Source: an uncultured Verrucomicrobiae bacterium (GTDB lineage Bacteria; Verrucomicrobiota; Verrucomicrobiia; Chthoniobacterales; UBA10450). From it: a DNA stretch of 64,000 nucleotides. A program made the position numbers and the translations under genes. The notes under the pieces were generated by a model. It searched no databases. It was not told the origin of the DNA and worked only from the letters and a program-made list of their open reading frames with translations. The stretch lies in the NCBI GenBank assembly GCA_963834385.1, contig CAWIBO010000005.1:64001-128000 (forward strand), read 5' to 3'. This document shows, in pieces, positions 59,042 to 64,000 of this stretch (its first letter is position 1; each line of letters starts with the position of its first letter).

Positions 59042-60150
59042 GCATGGAAAGCAAACGCCGGCCGGCCTGGCTGCTCCCGACACCGGCGCGCCGTGACGAA
59101 GGCGAAGCGGCGCTGCCGGTGCGATCGCTCCTGGTGCAGTTGATGCAGGGGAAGGACCTGTCGCGGGATGAGGCCGCCCTTCTTTTCGGCGCAGCCATGG
59201 ATGAACGGGCCAGCGACGCGCAGATCGGCGCGGCCTTGGTGGCGCTGGCCGTGAAAGGCGAGACGGTGGAGGAACTCACCGGCATGGCGGAAGCCATGCG
59301 GGCGCGCGCCGTCCGCATCCGGACGCGCCATGAACGGTTCGTCGATACCGCCGGGACGGGATCGAGTCATGCCAAGACGTTCAACGTCTCGACCGCGGCC
59401 GCCTTTGTCTGTTCCGGGGCGGGTCTGCCGGTGGCCAAGCATGGGAGCCGGGCCGCCACCAGCCTCTCGGGCAGCGCGGATGTTCTCGGCGAACTTGGGG
59501 TGAATGTGCAGACCGACGCGGCCACGGCCGCACGCTGTCTCGATGAGATCGGCATCTGTTTCCTTTTTGCGCCTCTTTATCACCGGGCCACCGCCCGCGT
59601 CGCCGGGATTCGGCGCGAACTCGGCGTGCACACCACCTTTAATCTTCTCGGTCCGCTGACCAACCCGGCGGGCGCCCCCTTCCAGGTCATCGGGGTCTGG
59701 CATGAAGCGCTGCTCGAGCCGCTGGCGCACACGCTCCTCGCCCTCGGGACAAAGCGCGCCTGGGTGGTCCATGGGCGCGACGGACTGGACGAGATCACCA
59801 CGAGCGGACCGACGTTGGTCGCGGAGGTTCGGGAGGGAACGGTCCAGCGCCGCACGGTAGTTCCGGCTGATTTTGGGCTGGCGACTTCTTCTTCCCTGGC
59901 GGAACTCCGCGGAGGCACTCCCCGTGACAACGCCGGGCTGATCCGCGCCGTTCTTGCGGGTCAGGACGGAGTGCGTGTCGAAGGGGCGCGCGACCTGATC
60001 GTGGCGAACGCGGCCGCGGCGCTTTTCGTGGGCGGCCACGCGGAAACACTCCCGGCGGCTGCTGAGCTCGCACGCGAAAGCATCCGCGCGGGCGCCGCCC
60101 TCACAAAGGTCGAACAATTAATTCAATGGACCGGGGGCAAGGCGTCATGA
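59038..60150 (+). CDS. trpD: Anthranilate phosphoribosyltransferase
   Basis: DTAGTG, FNVST, AKHG, NLLGPLTNP, DGLDE. Confidence 0.96.
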   Translation: MSMESKRRPAWLLPTPARRDEGEAALPVRSLLVQLMQGKDLSRDEAALLFGAAMDERASDAQIGAALVALAVKGETVEELTGMAEAMRARAVRIRTRHERFVDTAGTGSSHAKTFNVSTAAAFVCSGAGLPVAKHGSRAATSLSGSADVLGELGVNVQTDAATAARCLDEIGICFLFAPLYHRATARVAGIRRELGVHTTFNLLGPLTNPAGAPFQVIGVWHEALLEPLAHTLLALGTKRAWVVHGRDGLDEITTSGPTLVAEVREGTVQRRTVVPADFGLATSSSLAELRGGTPRDNAGLIRAVLAGQDGVRVEGARDLIVANAAAALFVGGHAETLPAAAELARESIRAGAALTKVEQLIQWTGGKAS

Positions 60151-60956
60151 GCGATTTTCTCTCCAAAATCCTGGCCGCGCGGCGGGCCCGCGTGGCGAGG
60201 GATTTTTCGCCCGCGGTGCGCCCCTCCTGGCGGGAAAGGGCTGCGTTCGCCCGGGCCCGGCGGGACCATTTCTGTTTGCGCACGGCCCTGGCGGCCAGCA
60301 CGGGCCTGATCGCCGAGTTCAAACGCCGTTCGCCTTCCCGCGGTTTGATCCGGCCGGAGGCCGACCCTGCCCTCGTCGCCGCGCAATATGCCGAGGGCGG
60401 CGCCTGTGCCGTCTCCGTCCTGACCGAGCCGGATTTTTTTCAGGGCTCGCTTGCCGATCTCAGGGCGGCACGCGAAGCGGTTTCCCTGCCGGTTTTGCGC
60501 AAGGATTTTATCGTCGATGAAGTGCAGATCGACGAGGCCGCGGTGGCGGGCGCGGAGGCGGTGCTCCTGATCGTGGCCGCACTGGGCGATGGGGAGCTCG
60601 AACGTTTCCGTCGCCGGGCCGAGGATGACCTTGGCCTGGATGCGCTGGTCGAGGTGCACACGCCGGAAGAGATGCGTCGCGCCGCCGGGAGCGGAGCCAG
60701 TCTGATCGGGGTAAACAACCGGAACCTGTCGACCTTTGCCGTCTCTCTCGACACCTCGGAGGAACTGGCGCTGCTCGCGCCCGAAGGATCCGTGCTCGTG
60801 AGCGAGAGCGGGATTCATGGCCGCGCCGACGTTGAACGCCTGCGTGCTCTCGGGTATCGCGGGTTCCTCGTCGGTGAAGCGCTCATGCGCTCCGATCATC
60901 CCGCGGCGCTCCTGCGATCTCTTGGCGGCGCGGTGAATGGGAGCGTGCACCGATGA
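60147..60956 (+). CDS. trpC: Indole-3-glycerol phosphate synthase
   Basis: IAEFKRRSPSRG, SVLTE, LRKDF, GVNNRNL, SESGI. Confidence 0.96.
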   Translation: MSDFLSKILAARRARVARDFSPAVRPSWRERAAFARARRDHFCLRTALAASTGLIAEFKRRSPSRGLIRPEADPALVAAQYAEGGACAVSVLTEPDFFQGSLADLRAAREAVSLPVLRKDFIVDEVQIDEAAVAGAEAVLLIVAALGDGELERFRRRAEDDLGLDALVEVHTPEEMRRAAGSGASLIGVNNRNLSTFAVSLDTSEELALLAPEGSVLVSESGIHGRADVERLRALGYRGFLVGEALMRSDHPAALLRSLGGAVNGSVHR

Positions 60957-61615
60957 GAACGGGCAAGGTGGGAGTAAAGGTTTGTGGCGTCACCACGGTT
61001 GAAGACGCCCTCATCTGCGGGGGCGCCGGCGTGGACTGGATCGGGTTGAACTTCTCGGCCACGAGCGTCCGGCAGGTGCCGCTGGACCGGGCACGGGACA
61101 TCACCCGGGCCGTGCGGGCGAAGCATGCCGGGATGCGTTTCATCGGCCTTTTCGTGAACCAACCGGCGGAGGAGATCGAAACGATCGTGAACACTCTCAT
61201 GCTCGACGGGGTGCAGTTGCACGGGCGCGAGACGCCCTCCGAGGTCGCCGCCATCCGCGCGCCGTGGGTGATCAAGGCGTTGCCTGTCGCCCCCGGCTTC
61301 AACCCGGAGTCTGTCCGGGCCTACCCTTGCGATGCGATCCTGCTCGACGCCTGGAGCCCGACCGCTGCCGGCGGCACGGGTGCGAGTTTCCCGTGGGAGA
61401 TCGCGGCCGCCGTTCGTCCCCTCGTCCGATGTTTGCTCCTGGCGGGCGGGCTCCACGACGGCAACGTTGCGCGCGCCATTGCCGCCGCGCGCCCCGACCT
61501 GGTCGATGTCTGCAGTGGCGTGGAATCAGCGCCGGGGCGCAAGGACGGCGAGAAGGTGCGCCGTTTTGTCGAGGAGACGCGCGCCGCGCTGCAACCGGAG
61601 GGAGTCGCGTCATGA
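60953..61615 (+). CDS. trpF: Phosphoribosylanthranilate isomerase
   Basis: VKVCG, QLHG, GGTG, LAGGL, DVCSGVE. Confidence 0.95.
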   Translation: MRTGKVGVKVCGVTTVEDALICGGAGVDWIGLNFSATSVRQVPLDRARDITRAVRAKHAGMRFIGLFVNQPAEEIETIVNTLMLDGVQLHGRETPSEVAAIRAPWVIKALPVAPGFNPESVRAYPCDAILLDAWSPTAAGGTGASFPWEIAAAVRPLVRCLLLAGGLHDGNVARAIAAARPDLVDVCSGVESAPGRKDGEKVRRFVEETRAALQPEGVAS

Positions 61616-62829
61616 CAAAATTTCGTTCCGAGCCGGATGCGGCCGGCTTTTGGGGACCGTTCGGTGGTCGTTTTGTGGCGGAGACGCTGATGGCGCCATT
61701 GGAGGAACTGACAAAGGCGTTTCGCGAAGCGCAGGCGGATGCCGGGTTTCTGCGAGAACTCGATGGATTGCGGCGCGAATACACGGGGCGCCCGACCCCC
61801 CTGGGATTTGCCGCGCGCCTGACGGAGCACGCCGGAGGGGCGCGCATTTATCTCAAGCGGGAGGATCTGCTGCACACCGGGGCGCACAAGATCAACAACG
61901 CGCTCGGGCAGGGCCTGCTCGCGCGACGCATGGGAAAACGCCGGATTATCGCCGAGACCGGGGCGGGCCAGCATGGCGTGGCCACGGCGACCGTTTGTTC
62001 GCTGCTCGGTCTCGAGTGCGTCATTTACATGGGAGAAGAGGATGCGCGGCGCCAGGAACCGAATCTCCATCGCATGCGCCTCCTCGGGGCCGAGGTGCGC
62101 CTGGTTTCGCAGGGATCGCGCACGCTCAAGGATGCCATCAATGAGGCGTTGCGCGACTGGGTCACGCACGCCCGCGAGACTTACTATCTTTTGGGGAGCG
62201 CGCTCGGTCCGCATCCGTATCCGCTGATGGTGCGGGAGTTCCAGAAGGTGATCGGGCAGGAGACGCGGGCGCAGTTCCGGGCCCGCGTTCGGCGCAATCC
62301 GGATGCGCTCGTTGCCTGCGTCGGCGGCGGCTCCAACGCGATCGGATTCTTCCACGCTTTTCTCTCCGATACCGGCGTCCGCCTGCTCGGCGTCGAGGCC
62401 GGTGGAAAGGGGAGCGGGCTTGGAGAACATGCGGCCCGTTTCCGCAAGCGGGGCGGGGGACGCCCCGGCGTTTTGCACGGCACCCACAGTTACGTCCTGC
62501 AGGACAAGGCCGGGCAGATTGCGAGCACGCATTCGATCTCCGCCGGGCTCGATTATCCGGCGATCGGCCCGGAGCACGCCTTCCTGCGCGACCGGAAGCG
62601 CGTCGAGTATGTCGCCGTGGGTGACCGCGCCGCTCTTCAGGCCTTGGAACTTCTTGCCCGGCTGGAAGGAATCATTCCCGCGCTCGAATCGGCCCATGCG
62701 GTCGCGCAGGCTCTCCTGCTCGCGCCCACCATGTCGCGGCGCCAGGCCATCGTGGTCAATCTCTCCGGCCGGGGCGACAAGGATCTCGGCGCCCTCTCTG
62801 CGCCGCCGGTCAGGACGGGCCGGTTATGA
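61612..62829 (+). CDS. trpB: Tryptophan synthase beta chain
   Basis: [46 protein letters not shown]. Confidence 0.97.
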   Translation: MTKFRSEPDAAGFWGPFGGRFVAETLMAPLEELTKAFREAQADAGFLRELDGLRREYTGRPTPLGFAARLTEHAGGARIYLKREDLLHTGAHKINNALGQGLLARRMGKRRIIAETGAGQHGVATATVCSLLGLECVIYMGEEDARRQEPNLHRMRLLGAEVRLVSQGSRTLKDAINEALRDWVTHARETYYLLGSALGPHPYPLMVREFQKVIGQETRAQFRARVRRNPDALVACVGGGSNAIGFFHAFLSDTGVRLLGVEAGGKGSGLGEHAARFRKRGGGRPGVLHGTHSYVLQDKAGQIASTHSISAGLDYPAIGPEHAFLRDRKRVEYVAVGDRAALQALELLARLEGIIPALESAHAVAQALLLAPTMSRRQAIVVNLSGRGDKDLGALSAPPVRTGRL

Positions 62830-63584
62830 GCGTTTTGCGTGACAGCTTTGCCGCCGTGCGCGCTTCCGGACGTCACGGGGTCATTCCGTTCCTGGTCGCA
62901 GGCGACCCCGACCTCGCCACCACCGGCAGGCTGGTGCGGGAACTGAGCGCGTTGCAGCCCGTCGCGATCGAGATCGGTGTTCCCTTCAGTGACCCATCGG
63001 CCGACGGCCCGGTGATCCAGCGCGCTTCCGGCCGGGCGCTGCGTCGCGGCACCACCCTGGCGAACGTGCTCGAGCATTTGAAAAAGACGCGAACAGCCGC
63101 GCGGGCTCCCCTGGTTCTGTTCACCTATTACAATCCGTTGTTGCAGCTTGGTCTGGCCAACTTCGCCGGGAAAGCTGCGCGCGCGGGCGTGGCCGGTGTC
63201 CTGGTGGTCGACCTTCCGGCCGAGGCGGCCGGCGCCCTGCGGGGCCATCTTTCCCGGAAAGGCCTCGACCTTATCCTCCTGGTCGCGCCGACCACCTCGG
63301 CGGATCGGCTTCGACAGATTGCGCGGACCGCTTCCGGTTTTATCTACGCCGTGGCTCGCACGGGGGTGACCGGTAACACCCGCGGCCACTCCGACGAATC
63401 CGCGGAACTGGTAGAGCGTCTTCGTGCTCTGACGTCTCTCCCTGTGGCGGTCGGCTTCGGGATCAGGACCCGGGCCCGGGTTGGGCAGGTCTGCCGTTAC
63501 GCCGACGCCGCGGTGGTCGGCTCCGCCCTCGTGGAAACGATTGAGAAAGCCTCGGCCGGTCCCCAAAAGGCCCGACGGCGGTGA
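62826..63584 (+). CDS. trpA: Tryptophan synthase alpha chain
   Basis: [35 protein letters not shown]. Confidence 0.96.
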   Translation: MSVLRDSFAAVRASGRHGVIPFLVAGDPDLATTGRLVRELSALQPVAIEIGVPFSDPSADGPVIQRASGRALRRGTTLANVLEHLKKTRTAARAPLVLFTYYNPLLQLGLANFAGKAARAGVAGVLVVDLPAEAAGALRGHLSRKGLDLILLVAPTTSADRLRQIARTASGFIYAVARTGVTGNTRGHSDESAELVERLRALTSLPVAVGFGIRTRARVGQVCRYADAAVVGSALVETIEKASAGPQKARRR

Positions 63585-63623
63585 CGTCGTCGCGCAGGCG
63601 ATGCGGTATGCGCGGACGCTCTT

Positions 63624-64000
63624 CTAATCGCGGAACGGCTTCACCGGCTCCGGTTTCGGCACTTTGTGTCCGCAGTTTTTGCAGGTGCGCCGGGCGTCGT
63701 CGTTCCAGAAATCGAGCATGGCCTTGCTGAACGCCTGGACGATGTCGGCACAATCGAAATCGATGTCTTCCACCAGCGCCTCGCATTTTTCGCAGTAAAA
63801 GATGACGTGCTCGTGCTCGCCGGCCGGTCGGCGGCGCTCCACCACCAGCCCGAGCGTGTCGGGCGGGCGCACCGGCGCGTGCGGGACATTCGGTGGAATG
63901 AAAAAGGTTTCACCCTCGCGCACGAGATGATCGACGATGTGATCGCCCTCGCGGATGCGCACCTTGATATCGCCTTTCAGCTGGTGGAAAAACTCCTCGG
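63624..64000 (-). CDS. nbaC: 3-hydroxyanthranilate 3,4-dioxygenase (5' part beyond the window)
   Basis: EEFFHQLKGD, PPNVPHAP.RP, VVERRR, CEKC...CKNC rubredoxin-like site. Confidence 0.9.
   Translation of the reverse strand, partial: EEFFHQLKGDIKVRIREGDHIVDHLVREGETFFIPPNVPHAPVRPPDTLGLVVERRRPAGEHEHVIFYCEKCEALVEDIDFDCADIVQAFSKAMLDFWNDDARRTCKNCGHKVPKPEPVKPFRD

Noticed and set aside
1..64000. tRNA, rRNA, prophage or restriction-modification genes
   Set aside because: None recognisable by eye; the methyltransferase at 55720-56400 has no nuclease partner and is not clearly a DNA methylase

Overview
GC-rich bacterial chromosomal window. Verrucomicrobiota/Chthoniobacterales-like origin is inferred from gene content only. 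Bases 1-18266 hold a large sedentary integron: intI (17244-18266, +), attI near 17142, and 28 attC sites with at least 29 minus-strand cassettes running off the left edge. The cassettes include three toxin-antitoxin pairs, a duplicated NTF2/SnoaL cassette pair, a GNAT, and many small secreted or membrane proteins. An IS110/IS1111-type element splits the first attC, and its structured 3' non-coding region contains a 10-nt match to the reconstituted target (candidate bridge/seek RNA). Bases 18267-64000 are housekeeping and accessory genes: fabG, two-component genes, a vanadium haloperoxidase, an MBOAT, pepE, an S9 peptidase, Ku, an Fdh/Moco cluster, methanethiol oxidase plus SCO, kynurenine-pathway genes, and a kynU-trpDCFBA operon lacking trpEG but preceded by a candidate Trp attenuator. 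Eight intergenic regions are filled with a co-oriented mosaic of 6-8-nt tandem-repeat modules in a largely conserved order. Many single frameshifts suggest indel-prone long-read sequence. All family assignments come from motif recognition, not database searches.
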